DNA of 57,962 nucleotides from a virus (IMGVR_UViG_3300048834_000191:1-57962), one strand, 5' to 3'; positions 1 to 9,346 are shown, counted from the first letter of the stretch. The notes: generated by a model from the sequence alone, not told the origin. Numbers and translations: made by a program.

Positions 1-126
1 CGACTTCATCAAGCGCGGCGTCGATTACATCCTCGCCCGCGTTGACTGGAAGAATGCGAAGGAAGCCAACACCGGCTACCAGAGCGCAGCGACCAACACG
101 GGCGACCGGAGCGCAGCGACCAACAC
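1..126. repeat. Terminal direct overlap (copy at 57793-57918); assembly circularity
   Basis: Base-by-base identity for 126 nt, then divergence inside the 27-bp repeat array. Confidence 0.95.
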
Positions 127-439
127 CGGCTACCGGAGCGCGGCGACCAACACCGGCTACCGGAGCGCAGCGACCAACACCGGCAACCAGAGCGCAGCGA
201 CCAACACCGGCTACCGGAGCGCAGCGACCGTCGAAGGTAAGGACAGTGTTGCTCTCGCCTCTGGATGCGAAGGCCGCGTTTCCGGCGCGGACGGTTGCGC
301 CCTTTTCCTGGTCGAGCGCAGCGACAACTTCAAGATCATCGCTGCATGGGCCGGAATTGTAGGTCGCGACGGCATCAAGCCCAACACCTTTTACACCCTC
401 AAGAACGGCCAACCTGTCGAAGTTCAGGAGGCCGCGTGA
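2..439 (+). CDS. C-terminal part of DUF7666-type phage repeat protein; gene starts at 57476 and crosses the origin
   Basis: Frame 2 reads DFIKRGVDY...(NTGxxSAAT)6 VEGKDSVA...GIKPNTFYTLKNGQPVEVQEAA*; not in the ORF track. Confidence 0.85.
   Translation, partial: DFIKRGVDYILARVDWKNAKEANTGYQSAATNTGDRSAATNTGYRSAATNTGYRSAATNTGNQSAATNTGYRSAATVEGKDSVALASGCEGRVSGADGCALFLVERSDNFKIIAAWAGIVGRDGIKPNTFYTLKNGQPVEVQEAA
68..229 (+). repeat. Six 27-bp tandem coding repeats, NTG[YDN][QR]SAAT
   Basis: Unit aacac(c/g)ggc(t/g/a)acc(a/g)gagcgc(a/g)gcgacc read directly. Confidence 0.95.
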
Positions 440-651
440 TGCGCATGACCATCCTCCCCGTCCTCGGACAACTCAACTGGGCTGCATATCACCGCAACCG
501 CGCAATCAAATTTAGACGCGCTGGAAATTCTGACGATGCGTATATCGAAAAGCGCAAGGCAGAGGGCAGCGTGTGGTGGAGCAGAAACGAGCGCAAAGAT
601 TTTCAGACGCGCATGGAATTCAGGAAAGAACTGGCGGAGGCAAACTCATGA
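439..651 (+). CDS. Hypothetical phage protein
   Basis: ATG overlaps upstream TGA; GGAGG RBS. Confidence 0.6.
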   Translation: MRMTILPVLGQLNWAAYHRNRAIKFRRAGNSDDAYIEKRKAEGSVWWSRNERKDFQTRMEFRKELAEANS

Positions 652-941
652 GCGCCCTGTGTCTCAATCTCGAATGCTGCAAAACGAGCGAGCCGCACAA
701 GCAGATTGAATTGATGGCCCGCATTGCCAGACGCGATGAATTGCTTGTTTGCGCCAAGGTGAATGAGATTTTTGTTTCTGTCGGCTGGACGGAGGATTCC
801 GAACGGGCGGCTAAGGACAAGTATGACCGCGACTACAAGCGGCTTCCAGAACATCGCAAGCGGTTCTCGATAGTCACGCACACAGCATCCGCATGGCTTC
901 TTCTTTCTATTGTTCTGATGGCGAAGGGGTTGATGGCATGA
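648..941 (+). CDS. Hypothetical protein with C-terminal hydrophobic segment
   Basis: GGAGG RBS, ATGA overlap. Confidence 0.6.
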   Translation: MSALCLNLECCKTSEPHKQIELMARIARRDELLVCAKVNEIFVSVGWTEDSERAAKDKYDRDYKRLPEHRKRFSIVTHTASAWLLLSIVLMAKGLMA

Positions 942-1258
942 GTACTTTATACAAATCACTTTCAGTGGTTCGCGGGTTGATCGCCAACAAAGAAAGCTGG
1001 TGTCAGCACGAGCCTATCATCCGCGAAAAAGGAAAACCCACAAAGCGGTGTTTGCGCGGAGCTATTTTTGCCGCCAGCCTTAATGAGTCGGACGAGAAAA
1101 GCGTCGTTGAATCTCTCGTCGCAGTTATTGGCGGCGGGAATGGCTCAAGCGTCCAGAATCTAAACCGCATCGCGAGATACAACGATACGCATTCCCATGA
1201 TGACGTAATTGCGCTGATTGATACGGCGCAATTTATATCGCCAGTGGGGACGGCATGA
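938..1258 (+). CDS. Hypothetical phage protein (DUF6197-like)
   Basis: WCQ..CLRGAI..YND..H.DVIALID pattern; ATGA coupling. Confidence 0.55.
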   Translation: MSTLYKSLSVVRGLIANKESWCQHEPIIREKGKPTKRCLRGAIFAASLNESDEKSVVESLVAVIGGGNGSSVQNLNRIARYNDTHSHDDVIALIDTAQFISPVGTA

Positions 1259-1500
1259 ACGTAGATCAAACCGCAGCCGAATACGCCGACGATTGGGCAA
1301 TAGATACAATCGAATATTACGCGAACGCATTGATCTTCCCCGCGCAACGCATTGATGTTGCGGCAACGGAATTAGAGCGGCGCAGACCGTTCAGAACACG
1401 CATGGAATCGTCGCTTGATAAAGCTGAGGAAAGTTTGAACGCAGCATTACTCAGCGTGAGGGCTGCGAAGAAGGCTTATTCGGAAAAGGAGGCTGCGTGA
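1255..1500 (+). CDS. Hypothetical protein
   Basis: Coupled ORF in early operon. Confidence 0.6.
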   Translation: MNVDQTAAEYADDWAIDTIEYYANALIFPAQRIDVAATELERRRPFRTRMESSLDKAEESLNAALLSVRAAKKAYSEKEAA

Positions 1501-1850
1501 TGGAGTATGAAATTTACAACCCCAAGAATAAGCCGGTTGAAGAATTGCCCGTCATTTACGGCTTCAATAACGGCGGTAGTCCCGGTTGGTATTCTGGCTG
1601 CTTACTTGCAGAGGATGGCACGGGTCTTGGCGGTCATGTTTGCTCGTCTGAGGGATTTATGTACGGCGACTTAGGTGTCGCCAAGGGTTCTCGACCAGAC
1701 CGGCACGAAACTTTCAGAGAACATTATCCCGATGGGTACCGCATGGATTTTGTGCGATCTGAGGATGTGAGGAGCCATCAGGGGCTTGCAGCCGCGTATC
1801 AGAAAAATCAACAGAAGTCCAAAGCTGCGAAAGAGGCGGACGCAGCATGA
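1497..1850 (+). CDS. Hypothetical phage protein
   Basis: AGGAGG RBS, coupled ORF. Confidence 0.7.
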   Translation: MMEYEIYNPKNKPVEELPVIYGFNNGGSPGWYSGCLLAEDGTGLGGHVCSSEGFMYGDLGVAKGSRPDRHETFREHYPDGYRMDFVRSEDVRSHQGLAAAYQKNQQKSKAAKEADAA

Positions 1851-2644
1851 GCATGACGCTGGAAGATTTCGAGAAAGCGCATGGCCTGGACGGGCCGCAG
1901 AACCCGCGCGCCGTTGCCGGGAATAACAACCCGCCAGCCGGCGCTATTGAGCGCAGCAAAGACACGCTGGCCGATCTACAGCAATTCCTGAAAGACGAGC
2001 CGGTTATCTGCGATGAAGATAAGGCGCGGTACGCAAAAGGCTTGATCGAGCGGGCGAAATCTTCATGGAGCGATATGGATGCTGAGCGCGATGGGAAAGT
2101 TCGTCCTCTCAATGAGCGGGTACGAGAAATCAACGCTAATTATAAGTCGCCTATGGCTGTTATCAGGTCCGCACTGGATTTGGCGACCGGCAGGCTCGAC
2201 ACTTTCTTCAATGAGCAGCGAGAGAAAGCCGAAGAAGAAGCGCGCAAAGCTGCGGAAGAAGCCGAGCGTAAAATCCAGGAAGCTAATGACGCGATCAAGG
2301 CCAAGACGGAAGCTGCGGAAAACGCGGGCTTAGGCGAAGTCGGCATTGATGTAGTCGCCGCCGAACAGGAAGCGGCGCAGAAGGTTGCCGAGGCCAACAG
2401 GGCCATTCGCGTGGCCAACAGAGCCGAGCGAGACACAAATATCCGCGTTGGCGGCGGGTTCGGTCGCGTCATGACTCAGCGCACGAAGGAAACGCTGATC
2501 GTCACTGATTGGCAGAAAGCCATTACGGAAATGGGGTTTGTGGACGGCATTCGTGATGCAGTGCTGACGGCTGGCCGAGCATATCGAAAACTAAAGGGCG
2601 ATCTTCCCGAAGGGATTGTGAGCGAGAAGGAGAAGTCTTTATGA
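1847..2644 (+). CDS. Coiled-coil protein of the recombination module
   Basis: 265 aa, E/A/K-rich helical, directly upstream of the recombinase. Confidence 0.7.
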   Translation: MSMTLEDFEKAHGLDGPQNPRAVAGNNNPPAGAIERSKDTLADLQQFLKDEPVICDEDKARYAKGLIERAKSSWSDMDAERDGKVRPLNERVREINANYKSPMAVIRSALDLATGRLDTFFNEQREKAEEEARKAAEEAERKIQEANDAIKAKTEAAENAGLGEVGIDVVAAEQEAAQKVAEANRAIRVANRAERDTNIRVGGGFGRVMTQRTKETLIVTDWQKAITEMGFVDGIRDAVLTAGRAYRKLKGDLPEGIVSEKEKSL

Positions 2645-3312
2645 GTGATATTTTTGCCGCCCTCGCCGCCCCGTTCGATCCGGCGGATGTTTGCTGGCGT
2701 ATCGGCAGCACGACGAAAGATAAAACACGAGGGATGGCCCTTGCCTACGTTGACGCCCGCGCGGTGCAAGACAGGTTCAACGAAGTCCTCACGCCCTACG
2801 GCTGGCAGAACGAATACGTCATGGGACACGATAAGCGGATTACTTGCCGCATCGGCATTTCGCTTCATGTTGCCAACGCCGTGCTCGCCAACGCGGCAAT
2901 GCCAGAGAACCCGTTTTGGGTTTGGAAGTCAGACGGTGCCGGCGAAACAGATTTCGAGGGAGAGAAAGGCTCCTACTCCGACAGCTTCAAACGCGCTGCC
3001 GTCAAATGGGGTGTCGGTCGGTATCTCTATGACTTAGAAGCTCCGTGGGTAGAGCTTGAGAACGAGGGGCGGAAAATTAAAGCAAGCGAGCTGGCAAAAT
3101 TGTCGGCACTTCTCCCCGCCCCGTCAAAGCTAAGCGATGTAGAAATCGCCAAGCTGGTTATTCAGGCTGGCGCGGAATCCAACGAGGGTATGGATTCCTA
3201 TAAGGACTTTTACGAGTCGCTTGGCAAAGAGCATCGCCTAGCCCTCAAGCCATATCACGATCAATTCAAACAGAATGCACAAACTGTAACGCAACAGAAG
3301 AAGGCTGCTTAA
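2641..3312 (+). CDS. Rad52/Rad22-family (Sak-like) single-strand annealing protein
   Basis: LAAPF..V.WR, AYVDARAVQDR, KG.YSDSFKRAAVKWGVGRYLY motifs. Confidence 0.9.
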   Translation: MSDIFAALAAPFDPADVCWRIGSTTKDKTRGMALAYVDARAVQDRFNEVLTPYGWQNEYVMGHDKRITCRIGISLHVANAVLANAAMPENPFWVWKSDGAGETDFEGEKGSYSDSFKRAAVKWGVGRYLYDLEAPWVELENEGRKIKASELAKLSALLPAPSKLSDVEIAKLVIQAGAESNEGMDSYKDFYESLGKEHRLALKPYHDQFKQNAQTVTQQKKAA

Positions 3313-3314
3313 TC

Positions 3315-3572
3315 ATGAGCAAGACATACGACAACACGAACTCTGGCGCGCTGTTCAAGAACCAGAAGAAGTCATCGGAGAAGCATCCCGATTATACGGG
3401 CAGCGTCAATGTCGGCGGCGTCGAATACTGGCTTTCTAGCTGGATTAAGAAGTCAAAGACCGGCGACACGTTCATGTCGCTCGCGGTGACGCCGAAGGAC
3501 AAGGACGCCAAGCAGACAGAAAAGGCGAAACCTGTGTCTAAGGAAGAACTCGACGACACCATCCCATTTTAG
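3315..3572 (+). CDS. Single-stranded DNA-binding protein-like
   Basis: GALFKN..K..EKHPDYTG core, acidic DDTIPF tail, next to recombinase. Confidence 0.75.
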   Translation: MSKTYDNTNSGALFKNQKKSSEKHPDYTGSVNVGGVEYWLSSWIKKSKTGDTFMSLAVTPKDKDAKQTEKAKPVSKEELDDTIPF

Positions 3573-3581
3573 AGGCGATCC

Positions 3582-3881
3582 ATGTGCCAGCTCACAAAGC
3601 ACGGTGTCGAGCGAATGGAAAGTAGGCTGGGTATCCCCAGGAAAGCCGCGCAGAAAATGGCGGACAAGGCATTTGAATATGGGGCATGTCGGCGGGATTT
3701 TTCAGGAAGTTTCCGCCGATACCTGGACGATCAATATTATTCAAAGGCGCAAGCAAACAACATGCGGGTATATGCCGAGCATCTATGGCTGTTCGCGAAT
3801 ACTGATCTAATCACAGTCTGGCGTGTACCGCATGAATATTTGAATGCTGCGAATAGAGCGATGAAACGGGAGGCTGCGTGA
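3582..3881 (+). CDS. Hypothetical protein
   Basis: GAGG RBS; TKH..ERM..R and LITV motifs. Confidence 0.6.
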   Translation: MCQLTKHGVERMESRLGIPRKAAQKMADKAFEYGACRRDFSGSFRRYLDDQYYSKAQANNMRVYAEHLWLFANTDLITVWRVPHEYLNAANRAMKREAA

Positions 3882-3996
3882 TTGGAGATGAATATAGAGA
3901 CTTCGGCCCGTCTGACAAATGGGTAACGTTCGGTGAGTTGTTCTTTTGCGCGCTAGAGTTGGCGGCAATCATAGCTCTCATTTGTATGGTGGCCTA

Positions 3997-4311
3997 ATGA
4001 GCAACCAACCCCTCTCCGAACAATACCGCCTACAAGCAATCGAATATGTCGAGGCTGAATCACGCGCCTCGCTACTAGAAGAACTGAAGTCTGCAACACT
4101 ATCGCAGATGATGCTCAAGCTAGGCGACATTGCCGTCAATAAGGCCGAGCGCGATGTGAAGGCGTCTGATGATTGGAAACAATACATAACCGGCATGGTT
4201 GAGGCGCGAAGAATTGCAAACCAAGCCAAGCACGATCTTGAAGTTATCCGAATGAAATTCAACGAGCAGCAAAGCGCGGAAGCTACTGCGAGAGCTGAAA
4301 GGCGGATGTGA
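3997..4311 (+). CDS. Helical hypothetical phage protein
   Basis: ORF from MSNQPLSEQYR. Confidence 0.65.
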   Translation: MSNQPLSEQYRLQAIEYVEAESRASLLEELKSATLSQMMLKLGDIAVNKAERDVKASDDWKQYITGMVEARRIANQAKHDLEVIRMKFNEQQSAEATARAERRM

Positions 4312-4535
4312 TGGCTGGACATAGATGGAGTGGTTGGCCGGGAGCTTGGTGCCTAGATTGCGGTTGTGATGATCCGTTTGAAATCGCGATGGCAGAAGGA
4401 AAGTTCGTTGAAGTTCCAGACGATTCACCGATGGGGTTTCATTATGAGTTTCCCACAGTGAAGCAGGCCGACTGTCCAGAACCAGGAAGCGGACGACACG
4501 ATCCCTACGCATCTAGGATGCGCGAAACAAAATGA
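4308..4535 (+). CDS. Small Cys-containing hypothetical protein
   Basis: HRWSGWPGAWCLDCG; coupled ORF. Confidence 0.6.
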   Translation: MMAGHRWSGWPGAWCLDCGCDDPFEIAMAEGKFVEVPDDSPMGFHYEFPTVKQADCPEPGSGRHDPYASRMRETK

Positions 4536-4636
4536 CCAATTCAATTTCACCGGACAGCGCCTCTCCCAATCCATCCGGTGAATCGGGAGTCGTGGGTGGT
4601 TCAGGCCGAACTCAACCTGCGGCTCCCGCCCTGGGG

Positions 4637-5137
4637 ATGGTAAATTTGAAAATAAAGAACCCGCGAAAAAAGAATTTTGAACCAATAACAATAGAATATT
4701 TTATTGAGCGCTCTATCCCAGAACCTAACACGGGTTGCTGGTTGTGGCTCGGAGCAACGCAATGGAATGGCTATGGTGCCGTCAGGGTCGGAAATAAAAC
4801 AAAACCAGCGCATAGGTTAGCCTATGAAACTCATCATGGCGTTACTCTCGCTTCTGACTTGGATGTTTGTCACAAGTGCGACACTAGGGCTTGCGTAAAT
4901 CCAGATCATTTATTTTCAGGGACGCGCACAGACAATATGCGCGATTGCTCAAATAAGGGAAGAGTTGTCACTCCATCATTGGCCGGAGAGAGATGCCCTG
5001 CATCTAAACTAACTCCAAGGCAAGTTATAGCAATCAGAAGCGATCCGCGTTCCCAGCGCGCCATTGGACGCGCGTATGGCGTTGACCATGGAACCGTAGG
5101 GCACATTAAGCGCGGGTCCACGTGGAGGTCGCTTTGA
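4637..5137 (+). CDS. HNH homing endonuclease with C-terminal HTH
   Basis: GCWLW, AHRLAY, VCHKCDTRACVNPDHL..GT..DN; start at MVNLK inferred. Confidence 0.88.
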   Translation: MVNLKIKNPRKKNFEPITIEYFIERSIPEPNTGCWLWLGATQWNGYGAVRVGNKTKPAHRLAYETHHGVTLASDLDVCHKCDTRACVNPDHLFSGTRTDNMRDCSNKGRVVTPSLAGERCPASKLTPRQVIAIRSDPRSQRAIGRAYGVDHGTVGHIKRGSTWRSL

Positions 5138-5544
5138 GGTCGGTGGAAGAATGGGTCGGCTCAAGTGATGACGCTGCGATCCCAGCAAGAGTAAAACTGC
5201 GTATTTTTAATAGATGTGGAGGAGTATGCCACCTCAGCGGGAAAAAAATAAGGCCAGGAGATGCGTTCGAGTTTGATCATATTATTGCCATCGCAAATGG
5301 AGGTAGGCACGCTGAGTTTAATTTAGCGCCAGCACTCGTTGCCCCGCACAAGATTAAAACCGCAGAAGACCGACGCAAGAAAAAGAAATCAGATCGCGTG
5401 CGTAAAAAACATTTCGGAATGCACGAAGCTAAACGCCCGATGCCGGGAGGAAGAAAATCACGCGAGAAAATTACTTGGGGGCCGAACGGAAATAAAATCG
5501 TGATCGACAGAATCACGGGCGAGCAAATCTGGCCGAGAATTTAG
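5122..5544 (+). CDS. HNH endonuclease
   Basis: CHLSG..EFDHIIAIANGG.H..NL..H.IKT. Confidence 0.85.
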   Translation: MEVALRSVEEWVGSSDDAAIPARVKLRIFNRCGGVCHLSGKKIRPGDAFEFDHIIAIANGGRHAEFNLAPALVAPHKIKTAEDRRKKKKSDRVRKKHFGMHEAKRPMPGGRKSREKITWGPNGNKIVIDRITGEQIWPRI

Positions 5545-5598
5545 TCACAGATTAAACCGCTGCTCTGTCTAACCCGATGTAAATACTTGTTTTTATTG

Positions 5599-5647
5599 TG
5601 TTTAGTATTGCTTGACAATGTTACTACTTTGCTAGTATTACTACACA
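5599..5647 (+). promoter_or_regulatory. Early promoter with two 19-bp operators (5599-5617, 5629-5647)
   Basis: TTGACA at 5612; sites TGTTTAG-N5-CTTGACA and TTGCTAG-N5-CTACACA match operators near cI. Confidence 0.75.
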
Positions 5648-5653
5648 TATAGT

Positions 5654-5905
5654 TTGGATTGGGAGATTCAGATGACCGAACAAGGGAAACGGGAGACGCG
5701 CGAAAAACGACCGGGCTTTAAGTTTTGCGTGTGCTGTAACACGCGGGTTTTAAGGTCTGCGCGGAAATGTCCAACTTGTGGGCCCGCGCTTTGGAGAGAG
5801 CCAACCAAAGCCGAGATCGAGGAAGAAGCCCGCTTAAATGCGGAAGCTGAAAAAACCATGCGTTCTATAAAAGGTGCCGCTCTCACCCGGAGTCGCCAGT
5901 CATGA
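5654..5905 (+). CDS. Small zinc-ribbon protein
   Basis: CVCC...CPTC; first ORF after the promoter, start probably 5672. Confidence 0.6.
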   Translation: MDWEIQMTEQGKRETREKRPGFKFCVCCNTRVLRSARKCPTCGPALWREPTKAEIEEEARLNAEAEKTMRSIKGAALTRSRQS

Positions 5906-6054
5906 CCGCGCAGGAATTAATCGCCCGTCTGAAACTCCGCATTGCCGATTTCAACGAGGCAACGGCGCAACTCGAAACCATGACCTACTCAAAGGTCGAT
6001 GCAGAGCTGGATGCGGAAATCATCAAGCGCCTTGAGAAGGACGGTGCGAAATGA
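5902..6054 (+). CDS. Hypothetical 50-aa protein
   Basis: ATGA overlaps on both sides; MTAQELIARLK... Confidence 0.5.
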   Translation: MTAQELIARLKLRIADFNEATAQLETMTYSKVDAELDAEIIKRLEKDGAK

Positions 6055-6113
6055 CCCCCTCACTAAAGCAGATAGAGGAATTGATCGGGCATCCTCAGCA
6101 AGGAGGAAGCGTG

Positions 6114-6761
6114 ATGGCTGTGCAAGCCGCCATCTTCCTCTGCGATCTGACCGGTCGCATGGCCGAGCCCTGGGCCAATGCCGGCATCCGCTGTTACTGC
6201 GTTGATACCCAGCATTCGATCCGGAAAGACAGAATCGAGGGCAATATTCATTACGTCTGGGGTGATGTCCGCACCTGGACGCCGCCAAAAGGCATCAAGC
6301 CGATCTTCGGCGGGTCTTTCACGCCGTGCACTGATGTTGCGGTCAGCGGTGCGCGCGACTTCGAGAAGAAGGGCGGTTATCTTTTAAGGGATGCACTGGA
6401 GGCTTTCGAGGCGGCACGTCAGTGCTTTGAGTGGGCAGGCATTCCGTACTTCCAGGAAAACTCTGTCGGTATCCTCTCCAGCATCCCGCATATAGGGAAG
6501 CCTGACTATTACTTCCACCCGTATGAATACGCTGGCTGGTGCGAGGAAGATAACTACACCAAGAACACCTGCATATGGGGCGGTAATGGCTTTGTGATGC
6601 CGGCTCCGCGACCGGCCCCGCATCTTGGTCAGCCCGACAACCGCATATGGAAAGCGCCGCCATCTGACAGCCGCGCTGATTTTCGCGCAGCCACGCCTCG
6701 TGGCTTTGCGCGCGCAGTATTTCACGCAAACGCACCCGAAGAATACCGGAGAGCAGCATGA
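6114..6761 (+). CDS. DNA cytosine-C5 methyltransferase (short phage type)
   Basis: FTPCTDVAVSGAR (catalytic PC), QENSVG (ENV-like), YTK.T..W, R..TP.GFA; AGGAGG RBS. Confidence 0.8.
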   Translation: MAVQAAIFLCDLTGRMAEPWANAGIRCYCVDTQHSIRKDRIEGNIHYVWGDVRTWTPPKGIKPIFGGSFTPCTDVAVSGARDFEKKGGYLLRDALEAFEAARQCFEWAGIPYFQENSVGILSSIPHIGKPDYYFHPYEYAGWCEEDNYTKNTCIWGGNGFVMPAPRPAPHLGQPDNRIWKAPPSDSRADFRAATPRGFARAVFHANAPEEYRRAA

Positions 6762-6835
6762 ACACCCCCACCCCCTCTACCGATACGGTGCAGAGCGCGA
6801 GTGCTTCGCCGCCGCGAACTCGCAGGAGGAAAGCC

Positions 6836-7174
6836 ATGAGCGGTCGAGCACCAAACATCGACCCCGAATTCATTGTTATTTGTCAGTCGGCATGGATGAC
6901 TGATAGCAATTTCGGCATTTCATACGATTGGGACGGTGCGAGATTCAACAATCGACCAGACGCCATAAAACACGGTTGGAAGTTGCGTGGCTCCGATGAC
7001 TTTAACATCGGCCAGACATATGGCGACGATTTGATCTGGTTCGGGTGGATGGATGAGCAGATTAAAGAACCCATAGAGACGATGCGCGAGATAGCTAACT
7101 CTATCGGGCTCGATTTCAATGCAAAACTATACCGCCTAAAATTTTCCAAGGCATCCGGGATGGCCTTGCCATGA
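6836..7174 (+). CDS. Hypothetical protein
   Basis: AGGAGG RBS before MSGRAP. Confidence 0.6.
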   Translation: MSGRAPNIDPEFIVICQSAWMTDSNFGISYDWDGARFNNRPDAIKHGWKLRGSDDFNIGQTYGDDLIWFGWMDEQIKEPIETMREIANSIGLDFNAKLYRLKFSKASGMALP

Positions 7175-7377
7175 CAGGGCGGGTGAAGCTGACGGAGGCG
7201 CAGCGAGAGGTGCTTCAAAGGGCTCCTAGCGAGTTCGGTCGATTGGCCATGCCATCAAATACAAGAAACGCCTTATGGGCGCGGGAATTTATTGAACCTT
7301 CACATCAGCCCATCGGACCGATGACCAAATGGCGCATCACCGATGCCGGTCGCGCCGCCATAACGAAAGGCGGGTAA
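7171..7377 (+). CDS. Small winged-helix-like protein
   Basis: KLTEAQ...ITDAGRAA pattern. Confidence 0.55.
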   Translation: MTGRVKLTEAQREVLQRAPSEFGRLAMPSNTRNALWAREFIEPSHQPIGPMTKWRITDAGRAAITKGG

Positions 7378-7381
7378 GGGG

Positions 7382-7666
7382 ATGAGTATTCCTTTCACGC
7401 AATTTCTCTTGCCCGATGGCCGAGAGCGGCCCGAGAAAATCGACCGTCCTGCCGAGATCGAAGCAATGGCGACCTCATTCATCGAAGCTGGCGGCCGGTA
7501 CACTTGCGAGATTCTTTCAACAGGCGAAGTCAGTCTCGCGGCTGAAATTCGTGACGAAGATATAGCCTGCATAGTTTGCCCGAACGCGGTCGGCGTTGCG
7601 CTTCACGTTGACAATCTCGTTCGCGCGTCGGCCCGGCATCTTTCTAAATTGGAGTCCTCCCAATGA
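7382..7666 (+). CDS. Hypothetical phage protein
   Basis: MSIPFTQFLLPDGR; coupled ORF. Confidence 0.6.
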   Translation: MSIPFTQFLLPDGRERPEKIDRPAEIEAMATSFIEAGGRYTCEILSTGEVSLAAEIRDEDIACIVCPNAVGVALHVDNLVRASARHLSKLESSQ

Positions 7667-8763
7667 CCCATGAGCAAGGGAATACGCAGACGCCGTGGTG
7701 CGTTCAAAACCAAGACGAAATTTGGGATGGCGAAGCGGAATTTCCCGGCATCCCGCTTTTCAAGCCCGCAAACCAGTATCGTTCATGGGGACGCGAATAT
7801 ACCCATGCTGAGCGTGCAGCGAACGCTCAACTGATCGTCACCGCCGTCAACGAACGAGCCACCCTTCTCTCCCAGGTCAGGCAGAAGGACGAGGCGCTGC
7901 GGAAGATTCGAGATATGAAATTCAACGATTGCGGTATTGCCGATGTGGCAGAACGAGTCTTTGAAATGCGGCAGACTGCACGGGACGCTCTATCTCCCGC
8001 CCCACAACCCGGTGCTGATGCAGAGCCGTTGACCCGTAACGAGGTAGATCGCCTCGCGGCGGATAGGCCGAACAGCCAGTTTGATTCTGGCGACCGGGGC
8101 CAAGCCCCACAACCCGACGCAGCACCGGCAGATGAAAAAAAGAGATCCGATATTACGGATAAGCCGCACCTGAAAACTATTCTTTGCGTTTTGTGCGCGG
8201 CGAAGGAAGGGCAGTCGTGGTCAGCGCCCATGCTCAAGGATTTAGATATTGCGATTGAGTGCGCACAATATCTCATGGCGCAGCCCGCCTCCCCCTTACC
8301 GGCAGACGATGTGGTCGAGCGGGCGCTTAAGGAGTGGATCAAGCGTGTTCTCAATTATCCTTCCGATCAGCCTTGCAAGCACTGGGTATTGACGGCGCTT
8401 TTGTCTGAAATTGAAGGACTGGGTGCAGTTCATTCTGGCTCATTCATCAAAGCGGTAGTGGATGCGGATGATGAAACCGCATTGTCTCTGTTGGATAATG
8501 AAACGATCCTCCCCGCCAACCTTCTCCGCCAATCACCACCGGCAGACGTGACGGGGATGCGGGAAACTTTAGAAAAGAAGCTCACCGAGCTTCACGCTGG
8601 CGTTTATCGCCTTTGGGAAGCACAGCCTGATCGCCACCCGACCGGCATGAGTTCCCCGCCGCTTGGAAATATCAACGAAATCTGCGGTCTTTTTTCTGAT
8701 CTGAAAACGCAACTCGATAACCGCGACGCGGCAGCCAAGGCGCTGGTGGAGGATAATCGATGA
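7663..8763 (+). CDS. Mosaic Ead/Ea22-like early protein
   Basis: TPW...ANAQLIVTAVN motif, proline-rich linkers, 366 aa. Confidence 0.6.
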   Translation: MTHEQGNTQTPWCVQNQDEIWDGEAEFPGIPLFKPANQYRSWGREYTHAERAANAQLIVTAVNERATLLSQVRQKDEALRKIRDMKFNDCGIADVAERVFEMRQTARDALSPAPQPGADAEPLTRNEVDRLAADRPNSQFDSGDRGQAPQPDAAPADEKKRSDITDKPHLKTILCVLCAAKEGQSWSAPMLKDLDIAIECAQYLMAQPASPLPADDVVERALKEWIKRVLNYPSDQPCKHWVLTALLSEIEGLGAVHSGSFIKAVVDADDETALSLLDNETILPANLLRQSPPADVTGMRETLEKKLTELHAGVYRLWEAQPDRHPTGMSSPPLGNINEICGLFSDLKTQLDNRDAAAKALVEDNR

Positions 8764-8948
8764 TCTCATGTCCAAAATGCGGAAGCAGCCGTATCAACGG
8801 CCCTTTCTATAAAGCGGCATGTTACCCAGCGCGTGATTTGCTGAAATATATTTGCGCTCAATGCGGGTATTCAGGTTACGAGGTGCCGCTCGACAGAAGG
8901 CAAGAAGATAAAGATGTCCCCACCCTCGCACAGCACGGGGTGAAGTGA
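8760..8948 (+). CDS. Small zinc-ribbon protein
   Basis: CPKC...CAQC. Confidence 0.55.
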   Translation: MISCPKCGSSRINGPFYKAACYPARDLLKYICAQCGYSGYEVPLDRRQEDKDVPTLAQHGVK

Positions 8949-9346
8949 TGGCTCGCCAGACCTCATTATCTACAGCAGCGTCGGCAGAGAATTTGGAAAT
9001 ATATTTTTCCAAAATTCTGCAACATGCCGTCGATGGACAGGACGGCTCTTGCAGTTATGCCCTAGACCGCCTCGCTCAAATTAAAAAGGTGGCAAACCTT
9101 GGACTTAAACGCCTCCGCCAACCAGTAGCAGGTGACGCCTCTGATCTCGTGAAGGCGTTGGAAGGTGAACAAAAAGCGATTGATACCATTTTAGAGAAAG
9201 GCCGGTGGCTTATGAGCGAGCCATATCTTTCCGGCGCTCGCGTCACCATTGGCACTGATAACATGAAAGATGCAGGCGACATCCAAAAAGCGTTTGCAGA
9301 ATTGAAGAAATCCGCCATCACCCGTCACCGCCAGGGAGAGAAGTGA
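8945..9346 (+). CDS. Hypothetical protein
   Basis: Coupled ORF. Confidence 0.55.
   Translation: MMARQTSLSTAASAENLEIYFSKILQHAVDGQDGSCSYALDRLAQIKKVANLGLKRLRQPVAGDASDLVKALEGEQKAIDTILEKGRWLMSEPYLSGARVTIGTDNMKDAGDIQKAFAELKKSAITRHRQGEK

Noticed and set aside
68-229. CRISPR array or DGR variable region
   Set aside because: Units are contiguous coding repeats with no spacers; no cas or reverse transcriptase gene seen
42-362. ORF-track protein with AQRPTPATG repeats
   Set aside because: Wrong frame of the 27-bp array; frame 2 continues the DUF7666-type gene from 57476
7663-8763. Possible integrase by size
   Set aside because: No R-H-R-H-Y or serine recombinase motifs; resembles Ea22-like mosaics
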